This document shows, in pieces, positions 39,827-52,380 of a stretch of 64,000 bases of DNA. The notes beneath the pieces were generated by a model, which saw only the letters and a list, made by a program, of their open reading frames with translations, was not told the DNA's origin and searched no databases. The stretch is from assembly GCF_006345805.1 (NCBI RefSeq), contig NC_043001.1, positions 28,272,001 to 28,336,000 of the forward strand. The letters are read 5' to 3'. Numbering within the stretch: position 1 is the first letter of the stretch; the number at the start of each line of letters is the position of its first letter. A program made the translations under genes and the position numbers. The DNA comes from Octopus sinensis. Lineage: Eukaryota.

Positions 39827-40980
39827 TGTTTCTTTATTAGCCACTCAGGGCTGCACACAGATAGAACAAATTACAAGGTAGAGCTTTTCTTTTGAAGGGT
39901 TAAAAAAAAAAAAAAAGGAAGGGGGGAGTTTCGATCAAAAGGGATCGTAAAGGAGAGAAAGAGGACAAAAAAGGGGGGGTTAAAAAAAGGGGGAGAGGAA
40001 AAAAAAATTGATCAATAGGATCGTTATCACAGAAATGTCAATATGAAGTGTAAAGGGGAGGACAGTGAGGTTACCCGTGGAAAGAAAAGCCTACGGAAAA
40101 GACCACGGTAACCTCGGTCAATGAAGTCACATTTTATATTTCTATTTTTTTTTTTTTTTTTTGCAAATAAGCAACTCTCTGTTTTCGATTTCTGGGTTCA
40201 TAGGACTATGCTCAGGTGGCTTCGTCATTCATACGTGCCATCCTTGCTACATTAACCCATCTTTTTTTAAAACATTCGCTAGACAAAACTTGCCTCTCTA
40301 CTCTCACTTTCCTTTTCAAGTGGTACTTGAAGAAGTTGATGAGAGATTGACCAGAGAGGAAAGTGTTTGTCTCCAATCCTTTCAGACGCGTCCACCAGAT
40401 ACATTCTTTCGCCATAGCCACAAGGATGATGAAAATAGCTCTTCTTCCCGTTTGAAGGAAGGAGGCGTGACAATATTGACGATAGACTCAGCTGATAAAC
40501 CGACTCGTCCCACACGTGACAGCAGTTGTTCGACATAAGCCCACAGGTCGGAAATTGTTGGACACTGAACGAGTGCGTGCAGAACGGTTTCGTCGCTCTG
40601 ACCGCATCTCGGGCAGGTCGGCCCCGTGTTTCTCGAGCAGTGTCTGTAGAGCTTATCCCGAACGGGTAGCGCTTCTCGGTAGCACTGCCAGGCCAGGGAT
40701 CTCTGGAAGTTGTCCATGGGCCCTGGCCCGAAAGTCGTCCTGAACAGGCGGGTCAGGTACTCCTCGTCGACGTCCAGGTTCGCCCCGAGCTCGTCGTCGT
40801 ACCTCCCCTCCACTAAACCCCTATAGAATGCTTTGGTTGTGTTGAAGGACGGCAGAGTTGCTTGAGAGCAACGCGACACTCGCGGTGCCATTCGCCCTTC
40901 CTCGGCCTCTTTTTGATCCACGACTGCAGTTCGGTCATGGAGACGAGTTGCGGGAAAGCGTGCCTCACAAACGGCGACCA
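39827..40980 (-). mobile_element. 5'-truncated Tx1-clade (L1 group) LINE inserted in (GATA)n
   Basis: zf-RVT motif LAWQCYREALPVRDKL...CPRCGQSDETVLHALVQC...LW, a frameshifted AKECIWWTR...FKKRW tail, and AATAAA before the (TATC)n. Confidence 0.9.
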
Positions 40981-41007
40981 GATAGATAGATAGATAGATA
41001 GATAGAT

Positions 41008-41053
<46 letters not shown>

Positions 41054-41054
<1 letters not shown>

Positions 41055-41377
41055 GTTTCTTTATTGGCCACACAGGGCTGCACACAGATGGGAAAATTAC
41101 AAGGTAGAGCTTTTCTTTTGGGGGATGAAAAAAAAGTGGCGTAGGTTTTCGATCAAAAGGGATAGTAAAAGGGTAAAAATAAAAAAATAAAAAAAGGAAA
41201 AGAAACAAAAGAAACGAAAAAAGAAAAAAGAAGAAAAAAGAGGGAAAAAGGGGAAGAGGAAAAAAACGATCAATAGGGATCGTGTATGACAGTGTCATGA
41301 TGTACGGTGTAAAGGGGGAAGCAGATAAGATTTATCCGTGGGAAGAAAAGCCTACGAAAAAGACCACGGTAACCTCG

Positions 41378-41378
<1 letters not shown>
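41054..41378 (-). mobile_element. Second copy of the same Tx1 family, 3' UTR only, flanked by (GATA)n
   Basis: Homologous to 39827-40110 (cacagggctgcacacagat...aaagaccacggtaacctcgg). Confidence 0.88.
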
Positions 41379-41440
<62 letters not shown>

Positions 41441-42104
41441 TGATAGATATGTGGCAGTATCTTCGTATCTTCGTAAGACTACTTTTTAGCAATAGCATAT
41501 TTCCCATACGCAGCACATTTGAAATCTATTATTTCAGGCAACTATTTTATGTTTTAAAGACTCAAATGTTGGTGTCATATTTCTTCGGAGGTTCTCTCGT
41601 ATTTCCTTAATCACACGTGTTTGTGTTCATTGTCAGCTAAATGGAAGGATTAACAAGTGTCACCTAAGGTGTTTTGTTTCTCTCACACTACGTAAAGTGT
41701 CTTAAGTGTTTTTTTTCAATAATTTTCCACTTCTAGTATCACAACTATCGCCATTAGCATCACAGCATGTGTTCCACTCCCACTATTTTAATCAGAGCAG
41801 CTCTCACCATCACTCATACTACAGCACTACCACAATCACCAAACCTCTCCTCATTACTGCTGTCAATACCACTGATGCTGTCGCCAATATCATTGCTATA
41901 ATCAGCAATATTACGCTGCCTTTATGTTGTAACTATTTCTATTGCTAATAGCTCTTCTACCACGACCACTACAATTAAAATCTTTGCACAACGATCTCTC
42001 GATTTTTTCTTAATAACATTTTCCCCCCACACCTTACAGCGACAAGAACCCCCGCTGCCATCACCACTACAACGAGTACCACCTCTGACTGCCTCTGTAA
42101 TAGC

Positions 42105-42520
42105 TATTTCTTTATTACCCACAAGGGGCTAAACATAGAGGGGACAAACAAAGACAGACAAACGGATTAAGTCGATTGTATCGACGCCAGTGCGTAACTG
42201 GTACTTATTTAATCGACCCCGAAAGATGAAAAGCAAAGTCGACCTCGGCGGAATTTGAACTCAGAACGTGACGGCAGACGAAATACCTATTTCCTTACCA
42301 CCGACAAGGGGCTAAACACAGAGGGGACAAACAAGGACAGACAAACGGATTAAGTCGATTATATCAACCCCAGTGCGTAACTGGTGCTTATTTAATCGAC
42401 CCCGAAAGGATGAAAGGCAAAGTCGACCTCGGTGGAATTTGAACTCAGAACGTAACGGCAGACGAAATACCGCTAAGCATTTCGCCCGGCGTGCTAACGT
42501 TTCTGCCACCTCGCCGCCTT
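42105..42520 (-). mobile_element. SINE family B dimer with TSD
   Basis: TSD actgcctct(g/a)taatagc on both sides of the whole dimer. Confidence 0.92.
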
Positions 42521-42860
42521 AACTGCCTCTATAATAGCATCATAACTATCATTAGTAAGATAAAAAAAAAAGCTGTTGTATTCATAACCATTGTAAATGA
42601 CATTGACAATAACAATGTGAACCAATAATCACCACCACTACTACCTCCACCACAACCAGCAACAACAATCTCAGTGACAAGAACCAGTGAAGTATCATCT
42701 CCGTAATTTCTCAACGTGCTCGGTATAGCAGCCAAATTCCCATCAAATCACCTTCAGTCATCATTACATTGAACAAAAGGACACACAGGATAATGTGGCT
42801 CTGGAAATGAAACTAGATGAAAGCACCTGAAACGCCTTTGATCTTTTGCTGAACCACAAT

Positions 42861-43012
42861 ACATTGTATATTATTTACATTTGTGGGATATTTGTCTTCA
42901 TCTTGTTTGTTGTTAACACAACGTTTCGGCTGACATACCCTTCAGCCTTCATCAGATGTCTTGGGGAAATTTCGAACATGGGTTCTCATTCCTAACGTAT
43001 TTTTCGATGTTA
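42861..43012 (-). mobile_element. Penelope-like element terminal fragment
   Basis: Frame NIEKYVRNENPCSKFPQDI* stops inside a hammerhead core; truncated by the neighbouring Dong insertion. Confidence 0.7.
42915..42960 (-). ncRNA. Minimal type I hammerhead ribozyme (probable dimer-cleaving)
   Basis: gacau-CUGAUGA-a-ggcuga/aggguaug/ucagcc-GAAAC-GUU-guguu: intact core, 6-bp stem II, 5-bp stem I, palindromic AACGUU in place of stem III. Confidence 0.8.
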
Positions 43013-43470
43013 TCATTATTATTCTATGTTTGACTTTTGCTTTATATCTGTACAAGTTGGCTCCAAGTCTCACCCAGAGACCTCAAGAGACAACAGGTTG
43101 GAAGTTCACGTTGTTGTTATGCTTAGTGTGCCATATATTTGGGGTTTTTTTGGTGTCGTACTAGTGAATGTCTAATACAAAAAAAAATTGTTTTAAACCT
43201 TGGGATTACATAGAGAGTATTTTGCGTAGGATATGAGCAGTTCCCATGAGCACTATCTTTTGAATTTCTGCCATTTTGGGGTTTCCTGGTATCTGAGTTA
43301 GGTAGCAATCAGTCCCTTTCGCTATCATTCCCAGGGCACCTATGACAACAGGTATTGTTTTAGTCTTCAGCTTCCACATTTTGCTGATTTCTATTTCAAG
43401 ATCTTTATATTTGCTCAGTTTTTGGAAGGTCTTGACAGATACGTTTATATCGATTGGGACAGTCATATCA

Positions 43471-43471
<1 letters not shown>
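43013..43471 (-). mobile_element. Dong/R4 3' fragment with 3' UTR
   Basis: ORF 43206..43466 is nearly identical to 12318..12578; (ATT)n at the 5' junction and a short att run at the 3' junction. Confidence 0.93.
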
Positions 43472-43526
<55 letters not shown>

Positions 43527-43530
<4 letters not shown>

Positions 43531-43604
43531 TTCACTGCCTGGAATCGATCTCGGAATCTTGGGGTTTTAGTAGCCCACGCTCTTAACCACTACGCCATAT
43601 GCCC
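43527..43604 (-). mobile_element. Short tRNA-like SINE followed by a (TAA)n tail
   Basis: gggcatatggcgtagtggttaagagcgtgggctactaa..ccccaagattccgagatcgattccaggcag: A and B boxes, an anticodon-like arm, then TAA repeats. Confidence 0.65.
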
Positions 43605-43635
43605 ATGGTTAGGAGCGTGGGCTGCTAACCCCAAG

Positions 43636-43670
<35 letters not shown>

Positions 43671-44443
43671 TGTATGTATGTATGTATGTATGTATGTATG
43701 TGTGTATATATGTTTGTGTGTCTGTCCCCCCCCCAACATCGCTTGGCAACAGATGCTGGTGTGCTTACATCCCCGTAACTTGGCGGTTCGGCAAAAGAGA
43801 CCGATAGAATAAGTACTAGTCTTACGAAGAATAAGTCCTGAGGTCGATTTGCTCAACTAAAGTCGGTGCTCCAACATGGCCGCAGTCAAATGACTGAAAC
43901 AAGTAAAAGAGTAGAACAAAATATCTTGTGTTATTTGCTCATATCCCTTCGCTTCGTTCTGAATTCAAATACCTCTCTAACCAATTATACCTTTCCCCCC
44001 TCTCGAAATCGGTTAAAGTACCAGGTTCAGAACTGAAGTCTATGATCGACTAAAAATATTGAAGGCGGTGCCCCAGATTGGCTGCAGACTGAAATAATGA
44101 AAGAGTACAAACTGAAATGAAAGCAAAACCGAAAAACTTCTGTTTCTTCCATTGACCATCCTATATAAAATATTGTGACTGACAAAGGTCAGAATTTCTA
44201 AGCGGTTGCTTTCGCGGCGAGAGCTAGCTCTCAAATATCCTTACAAACGCACCTTATTGTCTTTAAGAATAGTAACATACGATATTTTTAAGCATGAAAT
44301 ACTGAGCTATCTGTATATTTGATCATGTCAGCTCGAGCGTGTAGACTCTTTGACTAAAAAACCACAATTTACAGTTCCTCGTTTCCATATATCAATATTA
44401 ATACTGCACGTTCGACGTGTGCATATCTATATCTATATGTATA

Positions 44444-44485
<42 letters not shown>

Positions 44486-44757
44486 GTCTGTGTATATGTA
44501 TATATATACACATATACTACAGTCATACATACCTATATATGATACATCTTTCAAATACACACACACACATTCAGACATATATTATTCTTATACATATATA
44601 CATAAGTATATATATGTATATATATGTATATATATGTGTGTGTGTGTGTGTATGTGTGTGTGTGTGAGCGTGTGTGCGCGTACGTGTGTGTGTATCGATC
44701 GATCAGAACTGAAGTGCAAGTTTCATCTGCTGTAAATATATTTGAAACCTCACTCAC

Positions 44758-44802
44758 CCTTATAAGTTTGAGGCACACAAGACGCCATCGTTGGCTCCGT
44801 AG
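44758..44802 (-). CDS. Candidate 45-nt exon (LRSQRWRLVCLKLIR in phase 0; alternatively carries an ATG, MASCVPQTYK)
   Basis: Strong acceptor gtacttttcAG and donor gg|GTgagt; length is a multiple of 3. Confidence 0.33.
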
Positions 44803-44856
44803 CTGAAAAGTACATTAATGGGTCTCCGTCAACAATGTATACTCACACACATATAT

Positions 44857-44896
<40 letters not shown>

Positions 44897-45596
44897 ACAT
44901 ATGTATGTATGTATGTATGCATATAATCTGATTCGTATTTATACAAGTTAAGTAAATATATACATTATAAATAGCTGTATAATCATAAACATAACTGGTG
45001 AAAAGGAAATAATTATAAATACCTGTCTTTTGAATACACCGAACATACACAATATATGTGGATTGACGGGAGAGAGAGAGAGACAGAGAGAGGAGGGGAA
45101 CAGAGCGATAAAAAAAAACCATTATAAAAAATTGATTATTTGGAAAGAAATTACAAATAATGGAGTGAAAATAATGAATGGCTTGAAAAATCAATTCTTT
45201 AGAGAAATGAATGAAATTATAAAGGACACTCATAATAAAACTTTGTATTCCTCTTCTTTACTTTCTTTTTTTATTGTTTTTAACTTCATTTTCTTCTGTC
45301 GAGACAAATTGTTTCAACGAATACGACAAACAATTATCGACAATTACAGTAAATACTCCGAGATTTTTCCCTTCCCCTCATAACACTCCGCAGACATTAA
45401 GTGCGAGATTTCATTCTTAAACTTTGCTCTCCGCCAGACATCAACTGGTCTTACAGATTTTCTTTTTTACTGGTGTCTTCCGATTTGGCGATGGCGAGCG
45501 TAGTAGTAGTAGTAGTAGTAGTACTGGTGGTGGTCGTGGTGGTGGTCGTGGTCGTGGCGGGTGCGGCGGTGGTAATACAGCAGCAGCAGCAGCAAC

Positions 45597-45632
<36 letters not shown>

Positions 45633-45656
45633 TACGGTGATCATATGTAGTGATCC

Positions 45657-45696
<40 letters not shown>

Positions 45697-46083
45697 TACG
45701 GTGATCCTATGTTTCTAATACAATTCCTACTGTTTGAACGATGTTAATTAACATTAAAAAAATATCCAGAGCTCTGATTTTTCTTTGAAAATAATATTTA
45801 GCGTTGTACGTAGCAGCTTCGACACCGGCTCTTATTAAGGACCCCTCTGCTTTTCAATCAACCAGAAAAAAGGCCGATTCTTACGACTATAAAACTTCTT
45901 TATTATAAAAACAAAGTTAGCAGTTGTTATTGTTTAGCTCTTATCAAACAGAACATATTTCTAAGATTGCACACTTCCTTATGATTTCAGAGTGATTGGC
46001 CGCTATTTCTACTAGGTCGAACAACTACATAGAGACATCTTCGATAATTCTTTGATAACAGTTGTCTCTAGTACTCAGTGATA

Positions 46084-46285
46084 TACAGTAATCCCTCGCC
46101 ACATCGCGGTTCATTATTTAAGCTAACTTTTGCACTTATGATAAAATCTATACAAATTATAAAATATATACAAATTACAAAAATGATTTAAAAGATACAG
46201 CACAGTACTGTTTCTACTTCGCGGATTTTCGCCTATCGCGGTGGGTTTGAAACGTAACACCCGTGATAGTCGAGGGATTACCGTA
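46084..46285. mobile_element. Tigger/pogo-type MITE
   Basis: TAcagtaatccctcg ... cgagggattaccgTA. Confidence 0.85.
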
Positions 46286-46367
46286 ATATTGTTTCATCTG
46301 CTTTTAATTCGTTATTGAATAAAAACTTACACAATATTGCCGTAGCACGTCAGCAAATAGCTCTTAC

Positions 46368-46441
46368 ATTTTTTTCTATATAGTCATAGACTGGCGATTC
46401 GACTCGTCCTCGATTTGATTCCGGCACGCAATGTTGACAAG
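46368..46441 (-). CDS. Candidate 74-nt exon (CQHCVPESNRGRVESPVYDYIEKN, phase 1 to 0)
   Basis: Acceptor caattttgtAG, donor GTaaga; only one of three frames is open; GC-richer unique sequence. Confidence 0.33.
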
Positions 46442-46772
46442 CTACAAAATTGGTGAAATATCAATATCCATCGCTTCTGAATTCGATCCGAGGCGAGTTG
46501 TCTCATTTGTCTATGACATTCGGGTGTTTTAACACCCATCGTTATGGGCGATCGTCCTCAAGTGCTGTGCCGCAACAAATCCGGCGACCAAACAAATACA
46601 TTATGTGCAATAGGTTATACACACACACAAACACACACACACACACACATTTCAAGATTCAAGCGATTCCTCTGATGAAAGCGGGTTTTTTTTCGCATGA
46701 TGTAACACTTCTATTTATCAATAAAAACCACGTCTGAAACAACTATAGTGACCCACAATCTATCTGTTGTTA

Positions 46773-46818
<46 letters not shown>

Positions 46819-46821
46819 TGT

Positions 46822-46853
<32 letters not shown>

Positions 46854-47016
46854 TTAACCTTCTATATATATCTGCCAGTACTTTTAAGCATATATTCTGG
46901 CGTACATGCATTGTATGCATATTATCAATACCTATCTTTTATGACACTTCGCCTTCTCCCTTTATCAGCACCCGTGTACACGCACCCCCCCCCACACACA
47001 CATACACACACACACA

Positions 47017-47047
<31 letters not shown>

Positions 47048-47238
47048 CATTGTCACTCTCTTCCCTTCTCCCAAGCGCTCATTCTGACTAAATATTTTAT
47101 CTAAAAATGTCTTGATTAACCCATTCTCCTTTTCCTTCACCATCTATGATCTTGCATATGTTATTCTGTCTCAATCTCCATGAATATAAACATCTGTGTG
47201 CGCGCGTATATATGTATATCAGTGGCTACTCCGGCACT

Positions 47239-47680
47239 CGGGCTGTTCGCGCTTAGCCCGAATATAAATTTAGTAAAGGGAACGTGTATTTGCAAAACTA
47301 TTTAATTTCTGCCAACACTGACTTCAACTAAGTAATTGCTGCCCATAATTCGGGCTCCTTTTATTGAGCCTGGTCGCAGTTCATTTTCGTTCAGCGTCTA
47401 GCGGTCGTCTTAGAGGTGCCCAGTATCAAAAAATATCATTCGTAGCAGACGTTCTCTTGACATCGTTCACACGCGCCTGACTCGGGCTCAAAAGTTACAG
47501 CCCAAGTTATTATCTATAATTGTAAAAATTAAAAGTAATTCAAATTCAACTTTTTCTTGAAACAATAAAGTCTAATAGAGATTAGGAATTAAATTTCAAT
47601 CTATGAAAAGTTCCCGTTCTACAATATTCTTAACGGAACGAAAAATTATCCAGCAACTCGGGCTAATACGAATGAGCCTG
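47239..47680. mobile_element. Degenerate DNA-transposon derivative with repeated tcgggct/agcccga motifs (hAT-like)
   Basis: Imperfect IR gggctgttcgcgcttagcccga vs tcgggctaatacgaatgagcctg; motif at about 47238, 47360, 47482 and 47657; no clear TSD. Confidence 0.4.
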
Positions 47681-50029
47681 GTAGATATAAAAGACTAACT
47701 GGTACTCCTTGTCAAGAGTATAAACGACAGTCAGACCACTGATCCTTGTGGTGCATTCTGCTGTCGTTATTTGATTGTTGTTATTCTGTGCGTCTGTGCG
47801 TAAAGATCAATTGCTTTATTTTTACCTTTATCTTAGAAATGGAGAAAGACATAGTGTTAGATATGAAAAAAATAAGCCATTTGGGGCTAGAAATATTGCA
47901 AAAAAAAGTGAAATTCTTCGATCAGGCGTGTGTCATGCAAAATCAGTGATGAACCCGAGTGATGCTGATGACCTGGTGTCGCCTCTGATGTATGTTCATA
48001 TGTACGTAAATATAGATATATATGTATAAGTATATTTGTATCCCTGTCCGTGCGTATGCATATGTATGTTGATACATATGTCTGTATGGGCATATATCCG
48101 TCTGTGTATGTATGTATATGTACGGATATGATTTTACTAATAGATTTAATTAGTTTCTCTACATGTGACTATACCTTTCTTTATACACGCTTTAACAGTA
48201 ATCTCATTCTAATTATGGGCGGAGCTCCTGGATTTCATTCCCCACATGTTTTCTCATTGGTAATGCTTTTTATTTGTACATTTCATTTGTTTATGCATAA
48301 ATGCATTCGTTTTTCCCCAATAAACTTCATTTCATGTTTGAGGTTCCGATGAAGTTGTCGGTCAGCTGCGGTTCTCAAGATATGACAAAAGAAACCCTAA
48401 AATGTTTTATCATTCCTGACTTAAACGTGCATTGATGTTGCATTTTCATGGTCGTTTGACCACGTAGAAGTAGGAACTAAATTTCCTTTACATCACACAA
48501 TCAAATAGTAAGTGGTCACGCATAAATAAGAATGGCTTAGTAACATGTACCATAAACTTGTTAATTCTTAGGTGTCTGTGTAAGAACACCTAAGAATTCT
48601 TAGGTATTCTTACTCAACTATGAATCTACTGCATCGTTTAGCAGAAACAGCTGTAAGCTAGTGAAACTCATAAGACAATTATTTATTCCTTTGCCATCTC
48701 ATTTTCTTGCACACACACACAGACACACATAGACTAGACGCACAGGTTTAACCTTTCCCAAGCAACACAAGCAATCTGCCAGTGGCGATATTTCAAATGG
48801 AAACATTTTTATAATTTCTCGTTAAATAAATAGTTAATAGTATTTTGGAATATAATTCCACTGCTATTAAGACCTTACAGTTCCAAGCTAATGTAAGATA
48901 TGATTAAGAAAAAAAACTAATAAAACAAAACAAAAAGAAACAATTAGTTGAGACCGCGAGTGAAGAATGCGAATTGAAGTTACAGCAGACAACTTCAGTT
49001 TTGGCGATAAAATGAACACAAAATAAAACAACCCAATATGATAATAACAATTACAACAACAGCACCTCTCAAATTCGTGACGCAACAAACTTCGCCATCT
49101 TAATCAGCGCTTGCCTCATAGCAATATTAACGAAATGCATTTCAGTATTGTTATTTTTTTTTTATTTATTTCTATATTTAGTTACATTTATTTAAGTTCA
49201 TTAATTTTACAAGAAAGGCAAAAATAAACTTACAAATTTCTTGGAAGTTTTTCTTTTGCAGGAGACCAACACAATTTGCAGTTTTATTGACGAATTAACT
49301 ACATTATACCAGCATAGAGCAGGTTTTGTTTTAGTAGAGGATTTCCGGTAGTGACGCCATTTTATATCTTTTATCTTTCACCTGTTTTGGCCATTGGACT
49401 GTGGCTATGATGGGGCACCGCCTTGGAGAGTTCAGTCTAACAATCAATCGCATTATGTTATTCATTTTTGCAAATCGGATATTTATTGTATCGGCTCACT
49501 TACGGGTTCGTAAACAAGCCAACACCGGTTTTCAAGCGGTGGTTATGAAGCAAACACAGGCACAACGAAACTACTGATATACAGATATACGATTTTATTC
49601 TACGCAGTTTCTGTCTATCAAATTCATTTACAAGGCATTGGTCTGTCCCGGAGCTATAGTAAAAGACATTTGCCAAGGTGCCATGCAGTGGAACTGAACC
49701 CGAAACCACGTAGTTGTAAAGCGATCTTAATCGCACAGACATGCCTGCGCAGAAACTATACATAAGCTGTAGAGATGTATACATAAGTTGTTTTTGTTAT
49801 TGAATTCTATGTTACTCTTTTACTCTTTTACTTGTTTCAGTCATTTGACTGGAGCACCGCCTTTAGTCGAGCAATCGACCCCAGGACTTATTATTTTGAA
49901 GCCTAGTACTTATTCTATCGGTCTCTTTTGCTGAACCGCTAAGTTACGGGGACGTAAACACACCAGCATCGGTTGTTAGTTGATGTTGGGGAGACAAACA
50001 CAGACACAAAAACATATATACACACAAAC

Positions 50030-50078
<49 letters not shown>

Positions 50079-51109
50079 TATATACGACCGGCTTCTTTCA
50101 GTTTCCGTCTACCGAATCCACTCACAAAGCTTCGTCGGCTCAAGGCTATAGTAGAAGACACTTGCCCAGGTGCAATGCATTGGGACTGAACCCAGAACCA
50201 TGTGCTTGGTAAGCAAGCTACTTACCACACAGCCGCTCCTGCGGCAATGATTTAAACAAATCTGCAGCCAAAAGCGTTCAATCCATGATCAACCTCATTC
50301 ATCGCGTATCTAATGTTATATAATTTGATTTAGTATTAGATAACATCTTTTTCTAAGAGTGTAAAGTTTGATTTGGTGAAAGCTCTCAGAGAGCTCAGCT
50401 TACGATCAAAATATCCCCGGTTCGTCCAGTTCTTGGACTGGTCGGCACTCTGTGTCCTTGAGCAAGACACTTCTTTCACATTTCCTTAGTCTAGACAGCT
50501 GAAAAGAAGCATCAACGGAGTCACGAAGCGGCTCTCGCCCCTTTCCTCCAGCTGAAACAACTTGAGTGTGCTGCTGCTAGGTGAAAGTGTAAGAAAGTAG
50601 AGAGAGCGCCCGTGTCTGCTCGCAACTACATAGACACCTATCAAGAATTAACGAAAGCCTGATACATGACTCCAAGCCATACTTATTCGCGAGTGATTAC
50701 TTGATCTTTAATGAGTGATGTAAAGGAAATTTAGTTGTTATTTCTAAATGGTCAAAAGATCACGTAGCTGCTACCTCACTGTATGTTTGTATCAGGTATG
50801 ATAAAACACTTTAGGATCTCTTTTGGCACACCTTGAGAACTGCAGCGGATTGAATTTTTACACACTCAAACAAACAGAAGAGGAAGGGATTCGTATTCTG
50901 ATGTACTCGTTGTGTTCCATGAAAGAAAATTCACGCCAAAACAATTAACTCCAACTAACGTCATAAAAGTAATTCCATATACAACAATAGCACTCAGAAA
51001 GCGCAAACCTCCACCAAAGCAACACCAATGTCCTCTCAACGATTAGAAGGAGATGACTTGAAACGAGAATATCTGAATTTAACTCGACTGCTCTCACAAA
51101 CGAGAATAC

Positions 51110-51332
51110 TAAAAATGAACCCTGCCGTTCTCAAAAATTAAGCTAAAAAACAACAGGAAATATAATCTAGAATCCTTGTCCGACACCGTATCGATCCCAA
51201 AATCTAACCAGTTCGTACCAGTCATGAGGCCCAACATCCCTGAAAGTTTTATCGGAATCCATCCAGCGGTTCTTGAGATATCTTGTCCAAAGGCAAACAA
51301 ACACGACTGGAAACAATTCCTCCGCCTTCGTT
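51110..51332 (-). mobile_element. Non-autonomous DNA element of the Crypton-A/Helitron-N-like motif class
   Basis: aggcggaggaattgtttccagtcgtgtttgtttg...aaccgctggatggattccgataaaactttcaggg; class assigned from recalled motif similarity only. Confidence 0.4.
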
Positions 51333-51823
51333 AAGACAATGACATTATAAGGGTTTACTTAAAACAATATAATCCATCCAGTGTATTATTACTGCTATAA
51401 TGGTTGTACGAGACAGATTTTGGTAGGAATGGGTATTATGGGAAATTAAATTTAATTCAGTACATAATGGTACAACATTTTATAGACCCCAGAAAGAGAA
51501 AAGACAACGTTGACTGTTGTCTAACTTGAACTTAGAACTTAAAGGTACATAACTAAATATATGCAAAGCATTTTGTCCACTGGTCTTTCAATTCTGCCAA
51601 AGGACTACCCTTCAAGAATGCTTAATAATACAATAGATATAAATTTGTATATGACTCTTTGCAACCAGAACATCTAATTGATCGTTTTATCTATGTAGAG
51701 AACTTCTATACAAGACTAGATCAAATGAACTTATATATGTACGTACGTACGTACGTATGTATGTATGTATGTATATATGCATTTGTGCGTGTATGTATAT
51801 ACATGTATATGTATATATATATT

Positions 51824-51934
<111 letters not shown>

Positions 51935-52078
51935 TTACATACATACATAAATACATACATACATACAGAGACATAAATATACATTTATTCATATATGTAT
52001 GTATGTATTATGTATGTATAAAAGAAAGAAGAGGATGGAAAGTTATAAAACATACACACACACGCACACACACACACA

Positions 52079-52143
<65 letters not shown>

Positions 52144-52347
52144 ACACACGATACACTTATTGCTGAATACCGATACGTAAGTTCTGACATATAAACACGT
52201 ATAAACCAAATTATCCCATTGTTAAACTTGAAAGAGTTATGTCCTGAGCAAAAAAAATATTCCTTGAGCATTCTTATTTGAACTTTCTATATCAGCAATG
52301 AAATTATTGCTTCTATATTGACAGCATGAGAATGCATGTATGTACAC

Positions 52348-52380
<33 letters not shown>

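Noticed and set aside
44165-44225. IVTDKGQNF, like an LTR integrase motif
   Set aside because: Bracketed by stops with no other integrase motifs or LTRs
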